Positions 23,088-31,241 of a stretch of DNA of 31,241 nucleotides are shown one piece after another (within the stretch, counting starts at the first letter, position 1; the number at the start of each line of letters is the position of its first letter). The stretch is from a virus (lineage: Duplodnaviria; Caudoviricetes), in the IMG/VR virus record IMGVR_UViG_3300021405_000042, positions 1-31,241 of that record; one strand, written 5' to 3'. Both the position numbers and the translations under genes were made by a program. The notes below the pieces were generated by a model. It searched no databases. It was not told where the DNA came from and saw only the letters and a list, made by a program, of their open reading frames with translations.

Positions 23088-24947
23088 ATGGCAGTGAAAA
23101 TTTGGGGCTTTGAGTTCTTTAGAAGAGACCCCTCCTACCTCAAGAACGAACCCGTTGCCAATCAAGCAATTTCATTCGTTGATCGAGACTCAGAAAGTAC
23201 AGCGGCAGTAATTGCCTCATCCTTTACTTCTGGCATGTTCCTCGATATGCAGGGTGTTATTAAGGCAGAGGCAGACCTTGTTACGAAGTACCGTGACATG
23301 TGTACCCAGACCGAAATCGACAACGCCGTCGATGAGATAACTAATGAAGCTATTACAACAGAAGATGACTACGTTGTCAAGCTTGATCTTTCAGAGGTCA
23401 AGATATTAGACGAAAATGGCAAGCGTGTCCTACAGGATTTTCACAATGAAATCTTAGAGATGCTGGATTTCAATCGCAAGGGCTATTGGGTATTCCGTCG
23501 CTGGTACGTTGACGGTCGTCTCTATTATCATGCGGTGACTGACCCTAAGCATCTTGAGGAAGGTATCAAGGAGATGCGTTATGTCGATCCTCGAAAGATT
23601 AGAGAAATCAAAGAGGTAGCACCTAAGCGTATCGAAGGTGGTGCCGACATGAATGCGGTTGCCGCAGTCCATCAGACTAAGACCCTCTATTACTTATATA
23701 ATGATCGAGGCTTCGCGGCCAAGGCTCCTTATCAAGTCGGCTTCGGTGGCATGGCAACTCAGGGCGTTCGCATTTCGAAGGACTCAGTTGTCCACGTTCC
23801 ATCTGGACTTTCAGATACCAACACGACCATGGGATTGGGTTATCTAACAAAAGCAATCAAAATCCTCTCACAGCTTAAGACCATTGAAGACTCGTTAGTT
23901 ATATATCGTCTAGCTCGTGCTCCTGAGCGTCGTGTCTGGTACGTTGACGTGACTGGCTTGCCACCTTTGAAGGCTGACCAAGCTGTTCGAGACATCATGA
24001 TCAACCAGAAGAACAAGCTGATCTATGACGCCGACACAGGGGCCATACAGGACAGTCGCAAGTTCTTGACCATGACTGAGGACTACTGGCTTCCTCGCCG
24101 TGCAGACGGCTCTGGAACGAAGGTAGAGACCCTTCCCGCTGGCCAGACACTCGGCCAGATCGATGACATCGTGTACTTCCAGAAGCTATTATATAATTCC
24201 TTGAACGTGCCTATCGAGCGTCTTCAATCAGACCCATTCGATATCGGCAACTCATCTGAGATTTCAAGAGCGGAAGTCAAGTTCAACAAATTCATCAAGC
24301 GTATCCAGCACGACTTCTCGCTTCTGTTCCGCGACACTCTCAAGAAGCAGTGCGTCCTTCGCGGGATCATGTCACTTGAGGAATTCGAGTCAATCGAACG
24401 CCAGATCAAGTACGAGTTCGCTCAAGACAATCACTTCGCTGAGCTTAAGGATCAGCAAATTAACACAATGCGTGCTCAGGCATATGATGCTTTACAGCAA
24501 ACAGGCATCATTGGCAAATATTACTCAAACCGTTGGGTCCGTCGCAACATCTTCAAGCAGACAGATGACGATATTGACGAGCAGACAATGGAGATTATGG
24601 AAGAGATGCAGAACCCAATCTATAACCAGCCAACTCCTGAAGAGGCAATGGCTCAGGAAGATCAGGCACATGAGCAGGGTATGCAGGATCAGGAAGCCGA
24701 AATGCAACAGCAGCAAGCTGATGCTGATATGCAGAAGCAAGATGCAGAGATGCAGAAAATGGCTATGCAGGACAAGATGGCACAGAAGCAGCAAGATCGC
24801 GAAGAGAAGATGGCATCAACTCAAGGCGTCTTGAAGGCTATTGGTCAAATCCCTCAGGAGAAGAGAACATCGGGTGATACTCGCAAGATTAGAGATGTGG
24901 CTGCTCGCATGGCAAAGATGAAGTGGAATGGCAAGAAGGCCAAATAA
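23088..24947 (+). CDS. gp20: Portal protein, T4 gp20-like, with Gln/Met-rich C-terminal extension
   Basis: FRRWYVDGRLYYH, RYVDPRKI, EDSLVIYRLARAPERRVWYVD, EDYWLPRR, EISRAEVKF.KFI.R. Confidence 0.97.
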   Translation: MAVKIWGFEFFRRDPSYLKNEPVANQAISFVDRDSESTAAVIASSFTSGMFLDMQGVIKAEADLVTKYRDMCTQTEIDNAVDEITNEAITTEDDYVVKLDLSEVKILDENGKRVLQDFHNEILEMLDFNRKGYWVFRRWYVDGRLYYHAVTDPKHLEEGIKEMRYVDPRKIREIKEVAPKRIEGGADMNAVAAVHQTKTLYYLYNDRGFAAKAPYQVGFGGMATQGVRISKDSVVHVPSGLSDTNTTMGLGYLTKAIKILSQLKTIEDSLVIYRLARAPERRVWYVDVTGLPPLKADQAVRDIMINQKNKLIYDADTGAIQDSRKFLTMTEDYWLPRRADGSGTKVETLPAGQTLGQIDDIVYFQKLLYNSLNVPIERLQSDPFDIGNSSEISRAEVKFNKFIKRIQHDFSLLFRDTLKKQCVLRGIMSLEEFESIERQIKYEFAQDNHFAELKDQQINTMRAQAYDALQQTGIIGKYYSNRWVRRNIFKQTDDDIDEQTMEIMEEMQNPIYNQPTPEEAMAQEDQAHEQGMQDQEAEMQQQQADADMQKQDAEMQKMAMQDKMAQKQQDREEKMASTQGVLKAIGQIPQEKRTSGDTRKIRDVAARMAKMKWNGKKAK

Positions 24948-24953
24948 TAAATA
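24946..24953 (+). promoter_or_regulatory. Late promoter
   Basis: AATAAATA at gp20 stop; AAGGAG downstream. Confidence 0.75.
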
Positions 24954-24979
24954 CTTAGGAATATCAAGGAGACAGATTT

Positions 24980-25726
24980 ATGACCGTAATTTCAGAAGCT
25001 AAGGATTGGGACAGTATGTCAAAGGCAGCACGCGACATAGTGTTGCACGCTGATAATGACAAAGACCTTCAGAGACAGTCTCACCTGCCTATTATCAAGA
25101 ACCTTGCAAAGAAGCACGCTAACGGTGTTTATGACTCCGAAAAGGCTACTAAGCTTTGGGGTTACCATGCTGACCGTGCAGCTATGTCATGTTGCGGTAA
25201 GCATTCAGGTGGCAAGGGCGTTTGGCATAAGATGTTCTCTACCGCTGATCGCAAGCAGGCTGCTTCACATTGGGAAGCTCTTCATCGCGACAACCTACAG
25301 AACGAGTCAATCAACGAGAACGTTGAGGCTCCTGTAATTGATCAGACTGACGACGAATTGCATAAGGACTTGCTCGGCATGATCCAGGCAGCATTCGAAG
25401 ACAAGCCAGCTACATTCTCTGAGCACTTCGCTAACGCAGTTCAGCCAAAGCTTACAGACGCCATCGAGGCAATGAAGGATGAACTTCGTAAGTTCGTATT
25501 CAATCACACTCAGGGCAACTTCATGGAAGAGGGCGTAAACTGCAAGTCAAAGATGCTTCTATCTGCTAAGGCAGAAAAGAAGGCTTGGCCAAACGGTAAG
25601 GCTCCTGCTCTTTCAGTACACAGTTCTACAGGTGAAGCTGACTTCCGTCCAAACGGCGAAGTCGGAACACAGCATGAGAATGCAATCCATGCAACAATTC
25701 ACCCTGACGACAAGACAGGCGAGTAA
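24980..25726 (+). CDS. Prohead core protein (gp67-like segment) carrying an extra N-terminal globular domain
   Basis: Position after gp20; helix DLLGMIQAAFEDKPATFSEHFANAVQPKLTDAIEAMKDELRKFVF; ISE and INE sites flank the N-terminal domain. Confidence 0.6.
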   Translation: MTVISEAKDWDSMSKAARDIVLHADNDKDLQRQSHLPIIKNLAKKHANGVYDSEKATKLWGYHADRAAMSCCGKHSGGKGVWHKMFSTADRKQAASHWEALHRDNLQNESINENVEAPVIDQTDDELHKDLLGMIQAAFEDKPATFSEHFANAVQPKLTDAIEAMKDELRKFVFNHTQGNFMEEGVNCKSKMLLSAKAEKKAWPNGKAPALSVHSSTGEADFRPNGEVGTQHENAIHATIHPDDKTGE

Positions 25727-25744
25727 AGAAAGAAGAACAGTTAG

Positions 25745-26851
25745 ATGGCTAAGTCAAATCCGTCATTAACATCAATCAGTCCGCCTTCTCCAGCGGATCG
25801 TAACTTCATCAACATTAGTCGTGACTCTACAGTTACGCCTACTGTCAAGGACTTAGCTAATAAGGGCGACGATGGCATGACTGGTAAGTCAGCTTCGAAG
25901 TCTGTCAAGGTATTTCCTCGTAAGAAGTTCCACTTCGGTAATGACATGGCTCAGTCTATCGCTGGCTATGATCCACGTGCATCTCAAAACGAGGCAGTAC
26001 ATGTCCGTTCATTCAAGCGTACTCTTGGTAAGAAGCGTGCTTTCATTGACGAGAAGCCTGTGGCTAAGAAGCACGTCAAGGAAGAGCTTATCGAAGCTCT
26101 AGGTTCAAAGGTCGGTAAGAAAGACCTCGGTGGTCTCGAAATCTATCACACCATGAACATGGGTAAGAAGATGGACCAGCAAATGTGGGGTAAGGACGAT
26201 CCAACTGATCCTGACCGTACAGGAGAGATTTCATTCCATCACGCAATGCGTGCTTGGGCTGCTCGCCAGCGTGTCAACTCAGACCATATCCACGACACTT
26301 CAGACTTCAAGCGTCATGCCAAGTTCTCTAAGGAGATGCAAAAGCGTGGCCGCGAAAAGGCTGCGTTCAAGGAAGAATTCATCGCCAACCTCAGAAATGA
26401 GAAGTGGTCATCTGACTACGAGACACCTAAGTCAAAGCGTGGCATGTGGGACGGCTATAGCCTTGAAGACCTTCATAAGGCACATAAGACTGCCACTGGC
26501 AAGCGTGCCAAGGAAATCGACTTCGCCATCCGTGCGAAGACTGGTTGGGGCAAGGTAGGTGAGGGCGTAGTCCTTGATCATCCTGCCAAGAACAGACTAT
26601 CTCCTTCAAAGCGTTTCGCTCTTCAGAACAAGAACAAGGGTGCAGAGAGACTAAATGACTTCTCACGACGCATGGGTTACGAATTCCCTAAGCCTAAGGC
26701 TGTGGGCGAGTCCGAGACCCTTCCTTGGTTGAGAACCATCGCTGAGAAGAAGGCTGCTTTGTCCGAAAATCGTATACAAATTTCGGACAAGGACTACCTA
26801 GCAGAAAAGGTGGCTTTTGTCAAGAGCCTCGTTCTGAAGGGAAAGAAGTAA
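25745..26851 (+). CDS. Lys-rich putative prohead core/internal protein (gp68 position)
   Basis: Directly upstream of gp21; many xxE sites (VKE, LIE, VGE x2, LSE) separating short basic segments. Confidence 0.6.
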   Translation: MAKSNPSLTSISPPSPADRNFINISRDSTVTPTVKDLANKGDDGMTGKSASKSVKVFPRKKFHFGNDMAQSIAGYDPRASQNEAVHVRSFKRTLGKKRAFIDEKPVAKKHVKEELIEALGSKVGKKDLGGLEIYHTMNMGKKMDQQMWGKDDPTDPDRTGEISFHHAMRAWAARQRVNSDHIHDTSDFKRHAKFSKEMQKRGREKAAFKEEFIANLRNEKWSSDYETPKSKRGMWDGYSLEDLHKAHKTATGKRAKEIDFAIRAKTGWGKVGEGVVLDHPAKNRLSPSKRFALQNKNKGAERLNDFSRRMGYEFPKPKAVGESETLPWLRTIAEKKAALSENRIQISDKDYLAEKVAFVKSLVLKGKK

Positions 26852-26852
26852 C

Positions 26853-27518
26853 ATGAAGCTCATTACAGAAGTCCATGATCCACTTGAATTGATCACTGAG
26901 GGCGAAGGTGCCGAGAAGAAGCACTACCTCAAGGGTCTCTTCCTAGAGTTCGACGGTCCAAACCGTAACGGACGCATCTATCGTTCTGAATTCCATGACG
27001 ATGCTGTAAAGACTTGGATCAAGGAAAAGATGGAAGACAAGCGTGGATGGGGCGAATTGGACCATCCAGAGGGTGCAACCATTAATCTAAAGAACGTCTC
27101 CCACCGCATCGTTGAGATGTATAAGGATGGTTCAAACTGGTTCGGTAAGTCTATCCTTTCAAACGAAGGCATGGGCAAGATCGCTATGGGTCTATTGGCA
27201 ACTGGCGGTAATCTCGGATCATCTTCACGTGGCGTCGGCTCTGTTAAGGAAATGACTGAAGGCGTGCTTGAAGTCCAGAGAGATTATAGAATTATCACTC
27301 CGTCAGACCTAGTGTCAGACCCATCAGCACATGGTGCTATTATGGCTGGCATCATGGAAGGCGTCGAGTATTACTACGATGAAGCACATGGAAGTTATAT
27401 TGCTGAGAAGGCAACTGACCTAAAGAACGAAGTTCACCGTATGTCTCTCAAAGAGATTGAGGACAAGAAGGTGGCTTTGATCGAGAAATTCCTCCAAGAC
27501 CTTCGCTATAATAAATAA
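26853..27518 (+). CDS. gp21: Prohead protease, T4 gp21-like
   Basis: MKLITE, NRNGRIY, GELDHP (catalytic His), SSRGVG (catalytic Ser), DLVSDPSA. Confidence 0.97.
   Translation: MKLITEVHDPLELITEGEGAEKKHYLKGLFLEFDGPNRNGRIYRSEFHDDAVKTWIKEKMEDKRGWGELDHPEGATINLKNVSHRIVEMYKDGSNWFGKSILSNEGMGKIAMGLLATGGNLGSSSRGVGSVKEMTEGVLEVQRDYRIITPSDLVSDPSAHGAIMAGIMEGVEYYYDEAHGSYIAEKATDLKNEVHRMSLKEIEDKKVALIEKFLQDLRYNK
27510..27517 (+). promoter_or_regulatory. Late promoter upstream of gp22
   Basis: AATAAATA at gp21 end; AGGAG downstream. Confidence 0.75.
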
Positions 27519-27548
27519 CACACATAAGACATTCAGGAGATTGAAGTA

Positions 27549-28718
27549 ATGACAACCAAGGCATTCATGATCACAGACAAGGGTAACTCTGTTACTGGTA
27601 TTGTCAGTGACGTTGACGAGAATAACATCCGCATCAATTGGGAAGATGAGCGAATTGACGAAATGTCAAATGAAGACCTAGCTTCACTACTTGAGGAAGA
27701 CGGATATGATGTTGAGGAAGTCGAGTTGACCGAAGACGCAACAACTCCTGCTCAAGCATCAATCGTTGCCCACACTTCAACAACTGCTCCTGGGGCAGAA
27801 GCTGACGGCAACCCAAAGACACGTATCGAGTGGATCAAGCAGGTTATCGGTGCTCTAGCATCTGCTTCAGAAGAGTCAATCGAGGCTGCTCACTTCGCAA
27901 TGCAGCAAGCTCAAATCGGTGGTGCTCCTGAGCACGCAACAGACGGTAAGGTTGACGCCAACCGTGCAACAATCGTTGCTAAGCCATCTGCCGCTGAAGG
28001 CCATGGGTTCCTAAAGACAGAGGCAGAAGCCGTATTCAAGGAAGCTGGTCTTTCAGAAGAAGTTCTACCAAAGCTCAACACATTGTTCGAGACAGCAGTT
28101 CTAGCAGCCATCACTGAGAAGGAAGCAGAGCTTCAGGCAAAGTATGATGCAGCTATCGACGCTGGCCTCGCAGACTTGACAACTAAGCTTGAGGCAAAGA
28201 TGGACGAGTTCTGTGACGCAACCGTTGCAGAGTGGCTTGAGGAAAACAAGGTTAACGCTCAGTCAACACTACGCACTGAAATTACCATGGAGTTCCTTGG
28301 CAAGCTTCAGACCCTATTCGCAGAGTCATACATTGACGTTCCTGAGGACAAGGTAAACGTGCTTGAGGCTATCGTTGAAGAGAACGAGAAGCTTGAAGCA
28401 AAGGTCAACAAGGTCGTATCTGAAAAGATGGAACTTGCAAAGAAGGTCACTGTATTGGAAAAGACAGTTGAGGTAGCTAAGCTATCTGAAGGACTAACAC
28501 TTCCTAAGAAGGCTCAGCTTGCTAAGCTTCTTGAGACTGTAGAGTTCGAGGGTGCTGATAAGTTCGCCGCAAAAGTCGCTGTAATCAAGGAAGGTTTCTT
28601 GAAGAGTGAGGCTAAGCCTGACTCAGGAATTCTAACCGAGACTGCACCTAATCCAGAGCCAACAGATAAGGCAGCATCACGCGATCCTAGTATTGCAGCC
28701 GTTGCTAACCTAATCTAA
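27549..28718 (+). CDS. gp22: Prohead core scaffold protein, T4 gp22-like
   Basis: LSEE...K..TLFETAV, EWLEENK, F...L..LF.ESYIDVPEDKV.V, SEGLT; acidic coiled coil; synteny. Confidence 0.93.
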   Translation: MTTKAFMITDKGNSVTGIVSDVDENNIRINWEDERIDEMSNEDLASLLEEDGYDVEEVELTEDATTPAQASIVAHTSTTAPGAEADGNPKTRIEWIKQVIGALASASEESIEAAHFAMQQAQIGGAPEHATDGKVDANRATIVAKPSAAEGHGFLKTEAEAVFKEAGLSEEVLPKLNTLFETAVLAAITEKEAELQAKYDAAIDAGLADLTTKLEAKMDEFCDATVAEWLEENKVNAQSTLRTEITMEFLGKLQTLFAESYIDVPEDKVNVLEAIVEENEKLEAKVNKVVSEKMELAKKVTVLEKTVEVAKLSEGLTLPKKAQLAKLLETVEFEGADKFAAKVAVIKEGFLKSEAKPDSGILTETAPNPEPTDKAASRDPSIAAVANLI

Positions 28719-28736
28719 CGGTAAAAGATTTCAAAT

Positions 28737-28744
28737 AATAAATA
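28737..28744 (+). promoter_or_regulatory. Late promoter upstream of gp23
   Basis: AATAAATA then AAGGAG. Confidence 0.8.
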
Positions 28745-28777
28745 AAAACAAAAGATAACAAGGAGATTAAAAACAAA

Positions 28778-30178
28778 ATGGCTAAGATTAAGCAACTCGT
28801 GGAAGATTGGGCACCAGTCCTTGTAAAGGAAGGTTACGCTCCTCTTAACGTTCGCAAGCAACGCATTCTAGCTCAGCTACTTGAGAACTCAAAGCCATTC
28901 CTGATCGAGTCAAAGAAGATTTTGGCTTCTGAGAACCTTTTGACTGAAGAGCAGCCAACCAACGTTATGGGCACTTCTTCTTCAACTTCAGGTACAGGTA
29001 ACATCGACACGTTCGATCCTATCCTTATCTCACTTATTCGTCGTACAATGCCTAACCTCATTGCTTATGACCTCTGCGGCGTGCAGCCAATGTCTGGCCC
29101 AACTGGCTTGATCTTCGCTCTACGTACTCGCTACAACAACATGACAGGCACAGAGAACTTCTATAACGAAGTTAACACTGGCTTCTCAACCTTCGCTGGT
29201 GCGAACTCAACAGCTAACGTAGCTGGTGTTACATATGCTGGCAACACGGTTGCTGGTGGTGTTGCAACATTCCCAGGTGGTTCAAACGGTAACATCTCTG
29301 GCCTTCCAGGCTGGTCAAACAACGCTGGTAACTCAGTTTATAACTACGCACAGGCTATGTCTACTGCGTTTGGTGAAGACCTTGGTTACGGCACTTCAGT
29401 TATCCCTGAGATGGGTATCTCAATCGAGAAGACTACGGTTACCGCTGGTGAGCGTGCTTTGAAGGCTGAGTATTCAATCGAACTTGCTCAGGACTTGAAG
29501 GCAATTCATGGCTTGGATGTTGAGTCTGAGTTGACAAACTTGCTTTCTGCTGAGTTGCTTGCTGAAATCAACCGCGAAATCATTCGTACCATCATCGTTA
29601 CCGCTTCAATCGGTGCTCAGGCTGGAACAACCTCACAGGGTATCTTCAACCTCGACGTTGACTCTGACGGTCGTTGGTTGGTTGAGAAGTTCAAGGGTAT
29701 GATGTTCCGTCTCGACCTTGAGGCGAACGCTATTGCCAAGAACACACGTCGTGGTAAGGGTAACGTCATCCTTTGCTCAAGTAACGTGGCTGCTGCTTTG
29801 AACGCCGCTGGTGTTCTACAGTTCACCCCTCGCCTTGACCAGAATGACTTGCAGGTAGACGATACTGGCAACACATTCGCTGGTGTTCTAAACGGACGCT
29901 ACAAGGTTTATATCGACCCATATAGTACAGGCGACTATGCTGTTATGGGCTTCAAGGGTTCAAACGCCTTTGATGCGGGCATCTTCTACTGCCCATACGT
30001 TCCTCTACAGCTTCTAAAGGCTGTTGATCCTACCTCATTGCAGCCTAAGATTGGCTTCAAGACTCGTTACGGCGTTGTTGCGAACCCATTTGCTCAGGGC
30101 TTGACAAAGGGTCAGGGAGCACTTATTCAGGACAGTAACTTGTTCTACAATCGAGTGATCATCCAGAACTTGATGTAA
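28778..30178 (+). CDS. gp23: Major capsid protein, T4 gp23-like
   Basis: DPILISLIRRTMPNLIAYDLCGVQPMSGPTGLIFALR, RALKAEYSIELAQDLKAIHGLD, FYCPYVPL, QPKIGFKTRYG; probable maturation site LLTE|E at residue 57. Confidence 0.99.
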   Translation: MAKIKQLVEDWAPVLVKEGYAPLNVRKQRILAQLLENSKPFLIESKKILASENLLTEEQPTNVMGTSSSTSGTGNIDTFDPILISLIRRTMPNLIAYDLCGVQPMSGPTGLIFALRTRYNNMTGTENFYNEVNTGFSTFAGANSTANVAGVTYAGNTVAGGVATFPGGSNGNISGLPGWSNNAGNSVYNYAQAMSTAFGEDLGYGTSVIPEMGISIEKTTVTAGERALKAEYSIELAQDLKAIHGLDVESELTNLLSAELLAEINREIIRTIIVTASIGAQAGTTSQGIFNLDVDSDGRWLVEKFKGMMFRLDLEANAIAKNTRRGKGNVILCSSNVAAALNAAGVLQFTPRLDQNDLQVDDTGNTFAGVLNGRYKVYIDPYSTGDYAVMGFKGSNAFDAGIFYCPYVPLQLLKAVDPTSLQPKIGFKTRYGVVANPFAQGLTKGQGALIQDSNLFYNRVIIQNLM

Positions 30179-30205
30179 TTCCATAACCAATTCATTGGTT
30201 TCTAT

Positions 30206-30233
30206 AAAAGAGAGCTTCGGCTCTCTTTTTTTT
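30206..30233 (+). terminator. Rho-independent terminator after gp23
   Basis: AAAAGAGAGC-TTCG-GCTCTCTTTTTTT. Confidence 0.92.
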
Positions 30234-30259
30234 GAACTTTTCTCCTTCCTAGGCGTTGT

Positions 30260-30267
30260 AATAAATA
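30260..30267 (+). promoter_or_regulatory. Late promoter for the membrane-protein trio
   Basis: AATAAATA then AAGGAG and ATG 30290. Confidence 0.75.
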
Positions 30268-30289
30268 CCCATAACAAAGGAGACACACT

Positions 30290-30469
30290 ATGTTGTCAAA
30301 TCTCGCAAACGCACTCATTACCGTCGCAGCATTGGTGCTCTGCTATGTCCTACTTCTATGGGCTCTGCCCCTATTAGGTATCGCACTGCCCGCAACCGCC
30401 CTATTGGTCATCAAGATCATTCTTGTGCTGATCGGTGTCGTGGCTATTGCCAGAGCGTTCGGAATATAA
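30290..30469 (+). CDS. Small 2-TM membrane protein (59 aa)
   Basis: MLSNLANALITVAALVLCYVLLLWALPLLGIALPATALLVIKIILVLIGVVAIARAFGI; strong RBS; missed by ORF track. Confidence 0.8.
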   Translation: MLSNLANALITVAALVLCYVLLLWALPLLGIALPATALLVIKIILVLIGVVAIARAFGI

Positions 30470-30616
30470 ATGATCACAATCATTGTAGTCATCATCCTGA
30501 TCCTTCTCCTTACGGGAAGACTCGGTGGTGTCGGCCCCACAGTTAATGATGGTGGTCTAATCAACCTTCTCCTACTTGTCGTGCTTATTATGCTGATCGT
30601 AGGGTTTATTATCTAA
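30470..30616 (+). CDS. Small 2-TM membrane protein (48 aa), DUF3309-like architecture
   Basis: MITIIVVIILILLLTGRLGGVGPTVNDGGLINLLLLVVLIMLIVGFII; abuts previous stop. Confidence 0.75.
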   Translation: MITIIVVIILILLLTGRLGGVGPTVNDGGLINLLLLVVLIMLIVGFII

Positions 30617-30625
30617 GGAAGCTCT

Positions 30626-31162
30626 ATGGCATATGATGCTAACGCGGAAGCGATAAGAGAACTCAGAGAAAGAATAGAAGTGCTTGAGCTTCGCTCTAAG
30701 CTACTGGCTGGCAAGACCTCAGAAATTACACAAATCCTAGAAGTTAAACATATCGAGGCATCAAAAGCCGTTGTTGATGAAGCCGTTACCCAGAAGATTG
30801 AAGAGAAGACTGCGGCTGTAGCTCAACAGGTCGAGGAAAAGACTCAGGCAGTAGCTCAACAAGTTGAGGAAAAGACTCAGGCAATCGCCAAGGACGTTGA
30901 AATCAAACGAGTCGAACTCGCTGAGAATGTCGATAGAACAATCAAGCATGAACGTTCTAAATCACAACACGAAATCGAGGCACTCAATCAAAAGAGCATC
31001 CATAGAGCACGACAAGTGTTCTATATGATCGTAACCATCTTCATTATGATGGTCACAACTTCAATGCTCGGTTTCCATGCTGTTCCTATACCACGAGAAG
31101 CCCTAGAGGCATTCTTGGCTATCCTCTTCGTTATTCTAACTACCCTTATCGTGAAGCTCTAA
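30626..31162 (+). CDS. Coiled-coil protein with two C-terminal TM helices
   Basis: AAGGA RBS; 11-aa repeats; two hydrophobic segments at the C-terminus. Confidence 0.8.
   Translation: MAYDANAEAIRELRERIEVLELRSKLLAGKTSEITQILEVKHIEASKAVVDEAVTQKIEEKTAAVAQQVEEKTQAVAQQVEEKTQAIAKDVEIKRVELAENVDRTIKHERSKSQHEIEALNQKSIHRARQVFYMIVTIFIMMVTTSMLGFHAVPIPREALEAFLAILFVILTTLIVKL
30785..30883 (+). repeat. Three tandem 33-bp coding repeats (VxQxxEEKTxA)
   Basis: 30818-30850 and 30851-30883 differ at 2 positions; 30785-30817 is a diverged copy. Confidence 0.85.
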
Positions 31163-31241
31163 CGATCTGAGTGCATGTTGCCGAATGAGCGTCGATCTTA
31201 TAGACGCGTCCCTGACGGGTCACGGCCACGACCAGATCGGA

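Noticed and set aside
1256-30178. Stop-codon reassignment
   Set aside because: All core genes are full length under the standard code, and TAA, TAG and TGA are all used as stops
30785-30883. CRISPR-like array
   Set aside because: Contiguous in-frame coding repeats with no spacers; no CRISPR array or tRNA recognised anywhere in the window

Overview
Late (virion morphogenesis) region of a T4-like myovirus. The core genes follow T4 order: neck gp13 and gp14, tail terminator gp15, terminase gp16 and gp17, sheath gp18, tube gp19, portal gp20, gp67/68-position core proteins, prohead protease gp21, scaffold gp22 and major capsid gp23. They are driven by repeated (A/T/G)ATAAATA late promoters. The most notable feature is a set of His-rich, multi-domain 'cargo' genes wedged between the core genes, including between gp16 and gp17. 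They encode four C-terminal VIP2/Alt-like ADP-ribosyltransferase (ART) domains, three with Ser in place of the catalytic Arg and one fused to a Nudix hydrolase, plus other enzyme-like modules. They share N-terminal tags (a T4 capsid-targeting-like MIRFDQFLTE and a repeated LREIAP motif) and have gp21-like (I/L/V)xE sites at domain boundaries. By inference this is a capsid-packaged, protease-processed, injected effector arsenal. Also present: an apparent AUU start for gp15, two opposite-strand sigma70-driven accessory cassettes, a candidate structured ncRNA, a repeat-rich non-coding strand-switch region, and several tiny membrane ORFs missed by the ORF track. All family assignments come from motif recognition and synteny, not database searches.
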